Of a stretch of DNA of 64,000 nt, positions 27,507-36,719 are shown piece after piece; positions within the stretch are counted from its first letter, which is position 1; each line of letters starts with the position of its first letter. The notes under the pieces were generated by a model. The model saw only the letters and a list, made by a program, of their open reading frames with translations, was not told where the DNA came from and searched no databases. The position numbers were made by a program, and so were the translations under genes. Origin of the DNA: Candidatus Chisholmbacteria bacterium RIFCSPHIGHO2_01_FULL_52_32 (GTDB taxonomy: Bacteria; Patescibacteriota; Microgenomatia; UBA1400; Chisholmbacteraceae); assembly GCA_001816585.1 (NCBI GenBank), contig MHCJ01000003.1, forward strand, positions 11,013-75,012, in the 5' to 3' direction.

Positions 27507-29186
27507 TTAGGTTCCGTAATGGGTTAACCAAATAACGTAGTCCATACCGTCCACCATACTGTCTCTATTGAAGTCGCCGTCTGCGGGGCCGTTTGCGGTC
27601 GTGAGGTTATAATGGGCAAACCAGATGGTATAGTCGCTCGTATCCACTTTTCCGTCACCATTGGCATCTCCCGGGATAGGCGCTGGAGTCGGAACAGCGG
27701 TAGGGGTTGGGGTTGGAGTCGGCGTTGTTCCCGTGTTGTTCGTCACAGTCACCGTATATCCGGAAGGGGTCTGGGTATTAACGGTTACTGAGATGCCGAT
27801 CGGGTCGGAGAAGGTTTCTCCAACGGTCCACATCGCACCGGCGTCTCCGGTATTTCCGTTTCCATCCGGATCCACGACATGCGCTGGGTTCATTCTGGTG
27901 GTATCCACCTTGTGAATAATAACCGCCTCTCCGGGAAGTTTGATATCGTAGCCGGCCCAACGTCTCACCTCGACTGTAAAGAAGACGGTGGAAGATCCGG
28001 CGACCGGCAGGATAATCATCTTTACGTTCGTGGTTTGCGGAAGTGTAAGTTGCTCAAGGGTTGCAGTTTGCGTGCCGGAAGAAACCGTTAGCTTTTGGGC
28101 AGCGGGAATCCACTGCAACCTGTCTTTATGGAAGGAAATCGTATGCTGACCCAAACAGCCGTAGGTAGGATCCGTGGAGCGGGAACAGTTTGACCAGGTG
28201 TCACTCATGACGTCCCATCTATTGTCGTAGGTATAACCGTAATCACCGGACGAGTGCGGCAAGCCGAAGCCATGGCCCATCTCGTGAGCCAAGACGGTTT
28301 GGTTTCCATACCCCCAAGGCGGTTCCCAGGTTGAATACCAGAATCGGCTGGCTCCATCAAGCGTTGTCCAGCGGCTTCCACCCCATGCAGAACCATCCAA
28401 CTCGCCATTCAACATGATGTTGACCCCAAGATAATTTGGAAAGAAGACGTCGGGATCGGCAGCTGCCACACAGTCATTGAATATTGTGGTTAACATCTGT
28501 GAAGTGCCCAGGGAAGTATAGTAGGCTCTGGTATTTGGGAGGATATACCAGCCGACGGCTGTGGTTCCGTCGATATTGACTAAATCGTATGAGGATTCTT
28601 TCCAATAATGATTCAGGCCAGGTTTAGTTGATGAGAACAACCCCTGGAAATACGAAGGGCTTTTCGGTTCGGTGGCAATGTCCTGATATTTACAAAGGAT
28701 ATTGATCCACGGCTGAGATCCGGTGATGGCCGCCGCTACTTCTCCTAAGACCGGAGAGCCACCAGGGTTATTGACAGGCTGAATTTGGCTGGCTTCCAGG
28801 ACCTCAGTTATTTTTCCCTGTAAGGAGAGCCGTTTCAGCTGTCCCTTGACTGAGAGGCGGCGTCTATCCAGTGCCAGAATGCCACCGCTTTGCTGCTGCA
28901 GTGCATCGTTGATCACTATTTGTGTCGGTTTTCCTGCCTCATCAGACAACGAAAATATCAGTGCCGAGCGGCCTGTTCCCGGCGGTCCGTCGCCCCAAAG
29001 CAGTGACATTTGTCCAGACTGGGATACTTCCACGCTGGCTGGTTCACCGGGAAATTGCGAGAAGACCGGATCGACGCGGGACATCAAGAAGATACCGATA
29101 ATGGGGAGCAACAAGAGGGCCGTACTTTTCCACAGCCTTTGGGCAAATAGCAGGTAGGCAGCTTTGCTTAGATTTGGCAGGTTCAC
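27507..29186 (-). CDS. Secreted M6/M11-like metalloprotease with C-terminal dockerin-like domain
   Basis: HEMGHGFGLPH, WDVMS Met-turn, GDANGDGKVDTSD and GDFNRDSMVDGMD repeats. Confidence 0.85.
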   Translation of the reverse strand: MNLPNLSKAAYLLFAQRLWKSTALLLLPIIGIFLMSRVDPVFSQFPGEPASVEVSQSGQMSLLWGDGPPGTGRSALIFSLSDEAGKPTQIVINDALQQQSGGILALDRRRLSVKGQLKRLSLQGKITEVLEASQIQPVNNPGGSPVLGEVAAAITGSQPWINILCKYQDIATEPKSPSYFQGLFSSTKPGLNHYWKESSYDLVNIDGTTAVGWYILPNTRAYYTSLGTSQMLTTIFNDCVAAADPDVFFPNYLGVNIMLNGELDGSAWGGSRWTTLDGASRFWYSTWEPPWGYGNQTVLAHEMGHGFGLPHSSGDYGYTYDNRWDVMSDTWSNCSRSTDPTYGCLGQHTISFHKDRLQWIPAAQKLTVSSGTQTATLEQLTLPQTTNVKMIILPVAGSSTVFFTVEVRRWAGYDIKLPGEAVIIHKVDTTRMNPAHVVDPDGNGNTGDAGAMWTVGETFSDPIGISVTVNTQTPSGYTVTVTNNTGTTPTPTPTPTAVPTPAPIPGDANGDGKVDTSDYTIWFAHYNLTTANGPADGDFNRDSMVDGMDYVIWLTHYGT

Positions 29187-29187
29187 G

Positions 29188-29580
29188 TTACTCTTCCATT
29201 AAGTCATCTGCCAACTTCAATGTCAAGACGATGATTTTATCCTGGTTTGCGGAGAGCGACGTTCCAACCACGGTGACTCTGGTGCGGTCGAGGGAAAGAG
29301 GACCACCCAGCTTTTTTATCAATATGTCATTGATGAGGAGTTCGGTTGTTCGTCCTTCGTCATCCGTAAGCAAGTATTGTGGTTCTCCGTTCCAGATTAT
29401 GGTTAACCAACCCGTCAGGGAAATTCTATCTAGATCCATGAGTAATGACGGTTCTGGCTTTGTTGGCGGAGGAACACTAGCCGTTCTATTTTGTCTCACT
29501 AATGCGATTGCTACGGTCAGAGTCAGAAAGACCAAACCGAGCAGCCATGCTTTTTTGTTTTGGTTTGCCCTTGAACTCAT
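29188..29580 (-). CDS. Membrane-anchored protein similar to the protease N-terminal domain
   Basis: ATG after TTGACA-N17-CAGAAT; aligns by eye with the protease N-terminal region. Confidence 0.75.
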   Translation of the reverse strand: MSSRANQNKKAWLLGLVFLTLTVAIALVRQNRTASVPPPTKPEPSLLMDLDRISLTGWLTIIWNGEPQYLLTDDEGRTTELLINDILIKKLGGPLSLDRTRVTVVGTSLSANQDKIIVLTLKLADDLMEE

Positions 29581-29669
29581 CGTTTTGATTCTGGCAAGAA
29601 GTGTTGTGGCTGTCAAGCATATCCGGATGAATCTTCGAGCGGAATCCTGAAAAGAAGCAGGATTACCAA

Positions 29670-29694
29670 CCTTGAAAGGTCAAACCTTGCAAGG
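29670..29694. repeat. REP-like palindrome
   Basis: ccttgaaagg-tcaaa-ccttgcaagg. Confidence 0.8.
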
Positions 29695-29735
29695 TTGGGT
29701 GGACAGAGGGTTTGGATGGTCTGTACAATGAAGCT

Positions 29736-30392
29736 ATGGAATCTGCCCGAGGCTGGCGGCTGGCGGCTGTTTTTATCGCTCTTCTTGTCCTTATTGTCGG
29801 TGTTTGGATGGCGACCCGTTCTCGACAGCAAAAACCCCAGACGAAGGTGAATGAGGTGACCCTGACCCGTGGAGATGTGTCCATTACCGTGACTCGGGAA
29901 GGGGCGATGACGGTACGGACCCCTGAAGGGTTGTTTGAGCAGCAGTGGGATGAACAGCGCGTGCGGGCGTTTTTTGCCCAGTTTGAAAGCGAGGATTTTT
30001 CCCGTTTCCGCCGATTCGATGAAACAACAGAAGGGTATATGTTAACCCTTGTTTCTGATGGTGGGCAACGGACTACTTTTGTCGTGCCTTTTTTGGATAT
30101 ACCAATCCCTCCATCTGTTGAGGAATTGATCAAGGTTCTTGAAGAAGTGACGAGCGGGGGAGGTTTGCCGTCCCCGACGCCATTTCCTACGGTTGGCTTC
30201 TGGCCGACCCAGCCGCCTTTTCCGACCCCAACCCAAATGCCGTTTTATCAGCCCTTACCGACTCCGACCCCAACCCCGACGCAGGGCGGAAGTAGTGGAG
30301 GTACAGATCCCCGGCAACCCTTTACGTGCTCCTTTTCCGATCCGACGATTCGCCCCGACGTGCTCTCTGAGACGGTGTGCACGCCGGAGTAA
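29736..30392 (+). CDS. Hypothetical membrane-anchored protein with PT-rich linker
   Basis: N-terminal TM, PTP repeats, C-terminal Cys pair. Confidence 0.78.
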   Translation: MESARGWRLAAVFIALLVLIVGVWMATRSRQQKPQTKVNEVTLTRGDVSITVTREGAMTVRTPEGLFEQQWDEQRVRAFFAQFESEDFSRFRRFDETTEGYMLTLVSDGGQRTTFVVPFLDIPIPPSVEELIKVLEEVTSGGGLPSPTPFPTVGFWPTQPPFPTPTQMPFYQPLPTPTPTPTQGGSSGGTDPRQPFTCSFSDPTIRPDVLSETVCTPE

Positions 30393-30395
30393 CCC

Positions 30396-30478
30396 AGGGT
30401 ATAGGTTTTAGGGTATAGGGTCTAGGGTTTAGGATAGGGACCTCAGTTTTCAGCCTTCAGTCTTCAGTTTTCAGTTTG
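30396..30478. repeat. Heptamer repeats (TAGGGTW; TTTTCAG)
   Basis: Visible tandem units between convergent stops. Confidence 0.85.
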
Positions 30479-30503
30479 TAGCCTGGGTATGGAAGTTCGC
30501 TTC

Positions 30504-31916
30504 CTAGAGTTCGGTCCAGGAGATGAGGTCGTAGGTCCCGAAAGAGGGGTAATAGGGCGGGGGGTTGATGGCAATGTTGGGATCGAAGGTGATGGTTCGG
30601 GTTCGGAAGCCTGAAATCGGCTCGGTGCCGAAATTCCAGTAGGATTTTTCGTATGAGATGAGGGAGCCGTAGATAGAGAGGCTGTTTCTCACGGCGCTGG
30701 GGTGGTCGCCGCAATACGAAAGATACCCGTGCCGGATGACGGCGCCTTGCTGGGCCAGGAGGGCAGCGTCGACCTCAAAATCGTCGGGAACATCACGGAC
30801 AAAGTAGATGTCATTGTTGGCGATCAGTCCCAACGCGTGGTTCCCATCTTTGGCGAGGTACTTGAGATTGTCAGTAATCCAGACGTCGGTCTTTGCGGTT
30901 TGGATGGGGAATTTGGCAGCGACGACCGTAGTTCTGCCGTTGACTGTCCCGCTTATCCAGGTGAAATCTTCGAGGAAGATGACCGGGGCATCCGAGAGGC
31001 TGTAGGTGGCAAGTAAGGTTTGGTTCTGGATGGTCTGGCGGCGGTTGGCGCAACCGTCGTTCACGGCCCAGCCGTGCTCGCGTTTGGCCGAGATCACCTG
31101 GTAGATGTCCACGGTTCCGTTGTCCTTAAAGATCAAATTATATCCGTAGTAGCCAGACGGACCATAGTAGACCCCATTGGCTTGGGCTTCACTTTTGAGT
31201 TTTCCAAAATCGTAAGAAATTGCATTAAAGTCAATGAGCGTGACAGGAAATTTCCACAGACTCTGGTCCACTCCCGTTCCCCACACTCCCGGTTTATCTT
31301 CCGGAGGGCTACAGCCCGTTTCCTTGCCGCAGACGTAGGTTTCCTGGGCGCTGGTGATGAGGGAGGTGTTGACCCCATCCTGGCGAATGCCGGTGTTCGT
31401 ATGGGCTCTGCCGTTGACCGTCATACCTGAACCTAACCAGAGGCTGGCGTTCGAGAGGAAGGCGAAACTCGCGTAGGAGGTTTGTCCGAGGCGCACGGTT
31501 ATCGACCGCTGAATGGTCGGATAGCGGAGGGTCCGGCCTGTGGATTTGATGGTGACGATGGTCGAACCCTCTCCCGGAGGTGTGATTTCCAGGCTGAAGT
31601 TTCCTATCGGAGCACCTTGGGGGTCACGGTACTCATGTTCATACGGCCCCGGACCTCCGGTGCCGTCGGAAAAGTCGGTCGGAGCTTGGAAGAGGTGCCA
31701 GCGGTAGTAGTTGATGCCTGCCTCCGCGATATGGTATGCCTGATCGCCGGCGACTTGGCGGAAGGTGAAGTCAAATTGAGTGGCGATAACCGCCAAAAGC
31801 GAGTAAATGACGATGGAGAAGATCGCCGCGGTGATGAGAAGGGAGATGAGAATAGAACCGTTCTGGGCGTAGAGCGTAGAGCGTAGAGCGTAGAGTTTAG
31901 AGCTGTGTAGTTTCAT
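30504..31916 (-). CDS. PilX-like type IV minor pilin/assembly protein
   Basis: G-SILISLL prepilin-like N-terminus, AYHIAEAGINY, terminal LISWTEL. Confidence 0.8.
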   Translation of the reverse strand: MKLHSSKLYALRSTLYAQNGSILISLLITAAIFSIVIYSLLAVIATQFDFTFRQVAGDQAYHIAEAGINYYRWHLFQAPTDFSDGTGGPGPYEHEYRDPQGAPIGNFSLEITPPGEGSTIVTIKSTGRTLRYPTIQRSITVRLGQTSYASFAFLSNASLWLGSGMTVNGRAHTNTGIRQDGVNTSLITSAQETYVCGKETGCSPPEDKPGVWGTGVDQSLWKFPVTLIDFNAISYDFGKLKSEAQANGVYYGPSGYYGYNLIFKDNGTVDIYQVISAKREHGWAVNDGCANRRQTIQNQTLLATYSLSDAPVIFLEDFTWISGTVNGRTTVVAAKFPIQTAKTDVWITDNLKYLAKDGNHALGLIANNDIYFVRDVPDDFEVDAALLAQQGAVIRHGYLSYCGDHPSAVRNSLSIYGSLISYEKSYWNFGTEPISGFRTRTITFDPNIAINPPPYYPSFGTYDLISWTEL

Positions 31917-32608
31917 AGATTGGTTTTAAGCGATCGGATTTGGACGAAGGGTTCCAGGCTAAACTCCGACTCCGGATGGGTAGGGTCGGCATTGACGCGA
32001 ACGGAAACTTTCACGAGCGTTACCGCATTGAGGGGGGCCGGTGTAGACAGCGGATTGGTGGTGGTTTCCACCGGCCAATCTTGGTTGTAGTAGGAGAAGA
32101 CGGGCGATGCTCCGTTTCTGATGTCCTCGGCAACGGTTTTTACCTGTTCGTTCTCCGAGGGATAGGAGACGGGAAAGCCGGTCGGTTGGACCGTTCCCTT
32201 CTTTAGCTCCGTTCCGTCAAGGTAATAGCGGACGTGCTCGATTTGCGGATCCGAGTCGACGTTGGCATAAAAAATAATTTCCTGCGCATCGGCCTTTTCA
32301 AGCGGAAAGGAGCCTGCCTCGGATGGGCGACTGCTTCGAAGCTCGTCGGTGAGCGTTCGCAGGGAAGCATTGGCGTTCTCAATCGTAAAGATCGTCCGGA
32401 GGGAAAAATTCTCGCTCGTTCCTAAGGATGACTGGAGGGCAACCACCGTGCCAAGGAGAGCGACGAAAATCGACATACCGATAAGAATTTCGATCATGGT
32501 AAACCCGGCTCGCCCTTGGCGAGAGTTAAAAGTTAAAAGTGCAAAGTTAAAAGTTGAAGATCGGGTTATACTGTCTTGGAGTTTTGTACTCAATTTTGAA
32601 TTTTTCAT
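31913..32608 (-). CDS. Prepilin-type (PilW/GspJ-like) protein
   Basis: GFTMIEILIGM cleavage/methylation motif. Confidence 0.85.
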   Translation of the reverse strand: MKNSKLSTKLQDSITRSSTFNFALLTFNSRQGRAGFTMIEILIGMSIFVALLGTVVALQSSLGTSENFSLRTIFTIENANASLRTLTDELRSSRPSEAGSFPLEKADAQEIIFYANVDSDPQIEHVRYYLDGTELKKGTVQPTGFPVSYPSENEQVKTVAEDIRNGASPVFSYYNQDWPVETTTNPLSTPAPLNAVTLVKVSVRVNADPTHPESEFSLEPFVQIRSLKTNL

Positions 32609-32627
32609 TTTGACTTTTGTACTTAAT

Positions 32628-33965
32628 TTACAGCGAATCGAGTTGGATGGTGCTTTCGGTTTGGCCGGAGACTTCGATCGTATCGGATTTCGGCATGAAG
32701 CCTTCCTTAGTGATCTGGGCGGTGAAGTTTCCGGAGGAGAGGGGGCTGAAAAAGGCCTGGCCGAAATCCGGAACATTCGCTTCGCCGGTGAATATGGTTT
32801 CATCGAAGTTTCCCGGACCCGTGAGATGGGCGCTGGCGCTGGCGATGGCCGATCCCGAGGCATCGGTCACGGCCAGGAGCAGGGAATCGGGGCTATGGAC
32901 TGCGGAGGCAAATGCCAAATCCAGAGAAGTATTCGGATAGAGGACGACGGGTCGGAGCGGGTTGGTTCCTGCAAGGTCCCAGGCACCGGGAGGGATAGTC
33001 AGTTGGTAGCTATCCCACTCCATGCCGGAAAGGCTGAGCGTGCCAGTCGGAGCAGTCTGGAGCTGTTTGTTGTACTTCGGAACGGGATCACCCAGACTGT
33101 CGAAACCTATGGTTTTTCCGCCCCTGAGGGTGAAGATTTGGTTCGGGAGGGTTCCGTAGCTGAAGTCCCGATCCCTCTTTGAGAAAATTATGAGGGTCGA
33201 GGTGTGATCGATTGCAAAGCTTACTTCCGTTACCTGGCCTTCGATCAGGGTGGCATGGGGCTTTGCCGGATTTGTCACTTCGAGGCTTGAGTACGTGCGG
33301 TCGGTCGAAAAGTCGGTTTTGGTTGCGGTAATCTGGTAACAATTGGTACATGTTGGGGCTCCGGGGAGGATGATGCGGCCATCATCGGCGGTCTGAAGGG
33401 TGAGGTTTACTGGCGGGGAAACCTCGTTATTGACGATTGTTACATCGGCTTGTGAAACAGGCTGGGCGCTTGAGTCGAACACGAGGATTGCGAGCGTGCC
33501 CCCTCCTGCCGCGGCATTCGAGGCAATGTCGGTCACGAGGGTGACCGACTCTCCGGCAACAAATCTCCCTGTCCAGGAAACATCTACCCGGATGCGTTTG
33601 TAGTCGGCAGGACTAAGGTCGGACGGAGCTACCTGATCAAAGGGGTCATCGATGTAGATCACTGCGGTTCGCACTGTGTACGTCAGCCCGTTTCTGTCGA
33701 CACTTTCTTGTTGGGGAATTACTCCTTGGGGGATTCCGCCGACCACACCGAGTGAAGCATAGGGAAGGTTGTGCAGTTGTTCAATTTTTTCATTTCCCAA
33801 CTGCCTTGCGGTGATGCGGGTTCGAGAATTTCCGAGAAGATCGTAGGCGGCGATAATGAGGCTTCCGAACGCATGAAAGAGGATGATGAGGATCCCAAGA
33901 CCAACGAGGGCTTCGATGAGGCTTTGACCATGCTCTGAATATCGGTGGGGCAGAGCGGACTTCAT
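32628..33965 (-). CDS. Prepilin-type (PilV-like) protein with carboxypeptidase-regulatory-like domains
   Basis: GQSLIEALVGL, DYKRIRVDVSW, beta-sandwich repeats. Confidence 0.82.
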   Translation of the reverse strand: MKSALPHRYSEHGQSLIEALVGLGILIILFHAFGSLIIAAYDLLGNSRTRITARQLGNEKIEQLHNLPYASLGVVGGIPQGVIPQQESVDRNGLTYTVRTAVIYIDDPFDQVAPSDLSPADYKRIRVDVSWTGRFVAGESVTLVTDIASNAAAGGGTLAILVFDSSAQPVSQADVTIVNNEVSPPVNLTLQTADDGRIILPGAPTCTNCYQITATKTDFSTDRTYSSLEVTNPAKPHATLIEGQVTEVSFAIDHTSTLIIFSKRDRDFSYGTLPNQIFTLRGGKTIGFDSLGDPVPKYNKQLQTAPTGTLSLSGMEWDSYQLTIPPGAWDLAGTNPLRPVVLYPNTSLDLAFASAVHSPDSLLLAVTDASGSAIASASAHLTGPGNFDETIFTGEANVPDFGQAFFSPLSSGNFTAQITKEGFMPKSDTIEVSGQTESTIQLDSL

Positions 33966-33978
33966 TGCTGTTTTCAGT

Positions 33979-34073
33979 ATAGCAAATGGCCGATGGCTGA
34001 TGGCAAATGGCTGATGGCTAATGGCAGATAGCAGAGACCTAAACCCTAACCCTAAACCCTAGACCCTAGACCC
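33979..34073. repeat. Heptamer repeats (TGGCTGA-type; CCCTARA-type)
   Basis: Visible tandem units. Confidence 0.85.
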
Positions 34074-34078
34074 TTCTT

Positions 34079-35164
34079 TCACCTTGGGAGGTCGACCTTG
34101 CTCATGTCGGAGACGGTGAGGCGATATGCGGGATTCACCGAGCGTGTTCCCTGGATCGTGGCATCTTTCCCGATCATTGAGGCCTCGATTCTTACCGGGA
34201 CATCGGCAATATCTGCGTCTTCCATTACGATTGAGTACTCAATGGCGGTGTTGGTCACCTCGCACCCTGAGCCAATTGAGGTGTAGGGACCGATGTGGCT
34301 GTCTTTGATGCGGACATGATCGCCGATTGAAATGGGGCCGACCAGACGGCTGTTTTGGATGGTTGAATGGAGGCCGACTGTGACGTTGCCGCTTAATTTT
34401 GATTGCTTGTCAACTTTTCCTTTGACGTCGAGCTTGCAGTTGAGTTCCAGAAGGAGGCGATTTGCCTCGAGTGAGTCGTCAAACTTTCCCGGGTCGAGCC
34501 ACTTCCCTTCAATTTTCTTGAATTCAACCTTATATCCGTTTTTAAGCATGTAGTTGTAGATCTCGGTTATTTCATATTCGCCGCGGGCGGATGGCTTGAT
34601 TGCCCCTTTCCCGCTGAAGGCTTTATGGACTTCGCGGGTGAAGAAGTACAGACCCGGCATACCGAGTTTATTGGGAGGATTTTTCGGTTTTTCTACCACC
34701 TTCACCAGCTTACCGTCCTTGAAGAAGGGTACGCCAAGACGGAAATTCTCTTCGTGTTCGACCATCGTCAGGAGGGCGTTGGCTTTGGTTTTGAGAAAGT
34801 GCTCGAACGGGCCCTTAATTCCTCTGGTGAAGATGTTGTCTCCCAGGATGTAGACAAACGGCTCGTTTCCGAGGAATTGGCGGGCTACTCTGATGACATG
34901 GCCGACGCCCAGGGGCTCAGCTTGGTTTATGTAGGTGAATTTTACTCCCCACTTCGAACCATCCCCGAGGACGCTTTCGACGGCAGATCGACTTTCGTTG
35001 ACCACAACCCCAATGTCTTTGATGCCGAGTGAAATCAATGACCCGAGGGGATACAGAAGGAGGGGTTTGTTCGCAATCGGGATGAGATGTTTGTTTGAGG
35101 TAAAGGTGAGCGGCCGGAGCCTGGTCCCTTTTCCCCCTGCAGCGATGAGGCCTTTGATTTGCAT
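34079..35164 (-). CDS. rmlA: Glucose-1-phosphate thymidylyltransferase, long form
   Basis: GGKGTRLRPLT, LGDNIF, VEKP, PSARGEYEITE, C-terminal left-handed beta-helix. Confidence 0.9.
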   Translation of the reverse strand: MQIKGLIAAGGKGTRLRPLTFTSNKHLIPIANKPLLLYPLGSLISLGIKDIGVVVNESRSAVESVLGDGSKWGVKFTYINQAEPLGVGHVIRVARQFLGNEPFVYILGDNIFTRGIKGPFEHFLKTKANALLTMVEHEENFRLGVPFFKDGKLVKVVEKPKNPPNKLGMPGLYFFTREVHKAFSGKGAIKPSARGEYEITEIYNYMLKNGYKVEFKKIEGKWLDPGKFDDSLEANRLLLELNCKLDVKGKVDKQSKLSGNVTVGLHSTIQNSRLVGPISIGDHVRIKDSHIGPYTSIGSGCEVTNTAIEYSIVMEDADIADVPVRIEASMIGKDATIQGTRSVNPAYRLTVSDMSKVDLPR

Positions 35165-35195
35165 AGGACGTTGTCGCAGATTTCTATTGTAACAC

Positions 35196-35372
35196 ACACG
35201 AGTTTCGCGTTCTTTTTGAGATCGCGGAACAGAAATTTACTTGATCGCAAAAGGTTTGAAACGAGAATGAGAAATAGATTGCTTATCTAGCCAGACGAAT
35301 AGTCTGGCCTAGCGACCAGCGTAAATTTGTTCCGCGCTCTCATCGGGAAATGCTTGAGTGCGAAACTCGTGT
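35196..35372. repeat. Long imperfect inverted repeat (MITE-like)
   Basis: acacgagtttcgc/gcgaaactcgtgt, cgcggaac..aaatttac/gtaaattt.gttccgcg, inner ccagac/gtctgg. Confidence 0.75.
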
Positions 35373-35384
35373 TAGACTAAAGAT

Positions 35385-36695
35385 ATGGAGACACTTTTGA
35401 CCGAGAGTTTGTGGGGGGATGAGAGCTTTTCTGCGATGGCGGTGAAGCTGCCGTTTGGGGAAACGATGGGGGTGGTGATGCGGGACACCGCGCCGCCTTT
35501 ATTCTATTTTGTCGGTTGGATCTGGGGAAGGGTGTTTGGTTTTTCTGAAGTGGCGCTGAGGAGCTCGTCTCTGCTTCTCATGATAGGAGCTGCCGTCTTT
35601 GCCTACGCAATCGTCAAACGGATTGGGAAGGACAGGTTTGCGGCAATCGGAGCGGGTTTCCTCTCACTGTTGAGTCCATTTCTCGTTCCGTTTGCTTTTG
35701 AGTTTCGAATGTACGCGCTGTTTGCCTTTCTGGTCGTCGGATCGGTGTACTTTTTTATCGCGAGGAAATGGCGAAGCTATGTCGTGTTTACGGTGGCTGC
35801 GCTTTACAGCCACCATTACGCATTGTTTACCGTTTTCGGGCAGTTTGTCTGGTTTTTGGTGACGGAGTTTCATTGGAAAAGTTGGCGGACCTTCCCTCGA
35901 CAGCTCTGGCCGTTCGTTTTGATCGGCGCGCTTTACATCCCTTGGCTTTATCCGTTTTACCTGCAGATTGCCCGGGTGAAGGGAGCGGGTTTTTGGCTTC
36001 AGGCGCCCGGAGTGTGGGAAATCTTAGGGACCTTGGGTCGTTTTGCAACGGGGGGGGTTCCCGCCGGCTTTGTGTTGCCGACGGCTTTTTTGGTGGGAGG
36101 GCTTCTTCTTGGTAAAGATTGGAAGCGGATCGGCAAACGGTGGCTCGAGCTGTTTGTGATTTTCCTGATGCCGGTTGCGGTAGCGGTTGGGATTTCCCAT
36201 GTTCTGACGCCAATTTTCTACGACCGTTACCTGTTGTCGGTGGCGATCGGGACGGTTATCTTAACCACTCTGGGTATCCGGGGACGGTTTCGGGCGGGTC
36301 TCTTTATGCTTCTGGTTCTGTATGGCTATGTCAGTTTTACGCTCTTTACGCATCCGACGAAGCGACCGTTCCGGGAATTGGCGGCGTACGTTCATTCGGA
36401 ACAACTCGAGGGTGATTTCTTCATTAATTACAACGGGCGGGCCCATCATTTATGGGAATCGAAGTATTACGGGATTTCCGCACCGATCTACACTCCTGCC
36501 GGACCGCTGCCTTTATATGTCGGCACCGCCCAAATGACAGCGGAGGATACCGTGGCGAAATTGCCGGAACAGGCTTTGCGACTTGGGGTCATCACCAGCG
36601 ACCCGGCAGAGACAATTGTTTTGCCCGGAGGCTTCAGGCGCGCCGGTATAAAGGAGTTTGGGGAGTTGAAGGTAGTGTGGTTCTCACACCTTTAA
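35385..36695 (+). CDS. GT-C fold membrane glycosyltransferase (PMT/GT39-like)
   Basis: SLWGDE, DTAPPLFY, EVALR, EFRMY, DRY. Confidence 0.85.
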   Translation: METLLTESLWGDESFSAMAVKLPFGETMGVVMRDTAPPLFYFVGWIWGRVFGFSEVALRSSSLLLMIGAAVFAYAIVKRIGKDRFAAIGAGFLSLLSPFLVPFAFEFRMYALFAFLVVGSVYFFIARKWRSYVVFTVAALYSHHYALFTVFGQFVWFLVTEFHWKSWRTFPRQLWPFVLIGALYIPWLYPFYLQIARVKGAGFWLQAPGVWEILGTLGRFATGGVPAGFVLPTAFLVGGLLLGKDWKRIGKRWLELFVIFLMPVAVAVGISHVLTPIFYDRYLLSVAIGTVILTTLGIRGRFRAGLFMLLVLYGYVSFTLFTHPTKRPFRELAAYVHSEQLEGDFFINYNGRAHHLWESKYYGISAPIYTPAGPLPLYVGTAQMTAEDTVAKLPEQALRLGVITSDPAETIVLPGGFRRAGIKEFGELKVVWFSHL

Positions 36696-36713
36696 AGGAG
36701 ACTCCCTGCAAGG
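36689..36713. repeat. REP-like palindrome supplying the upstream gene's stop codon
   Basis: cctttaaagg-agact-ccctgcaagg. Confidence 0.75.
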
Positions 36714-36719
36714 TTGGTG

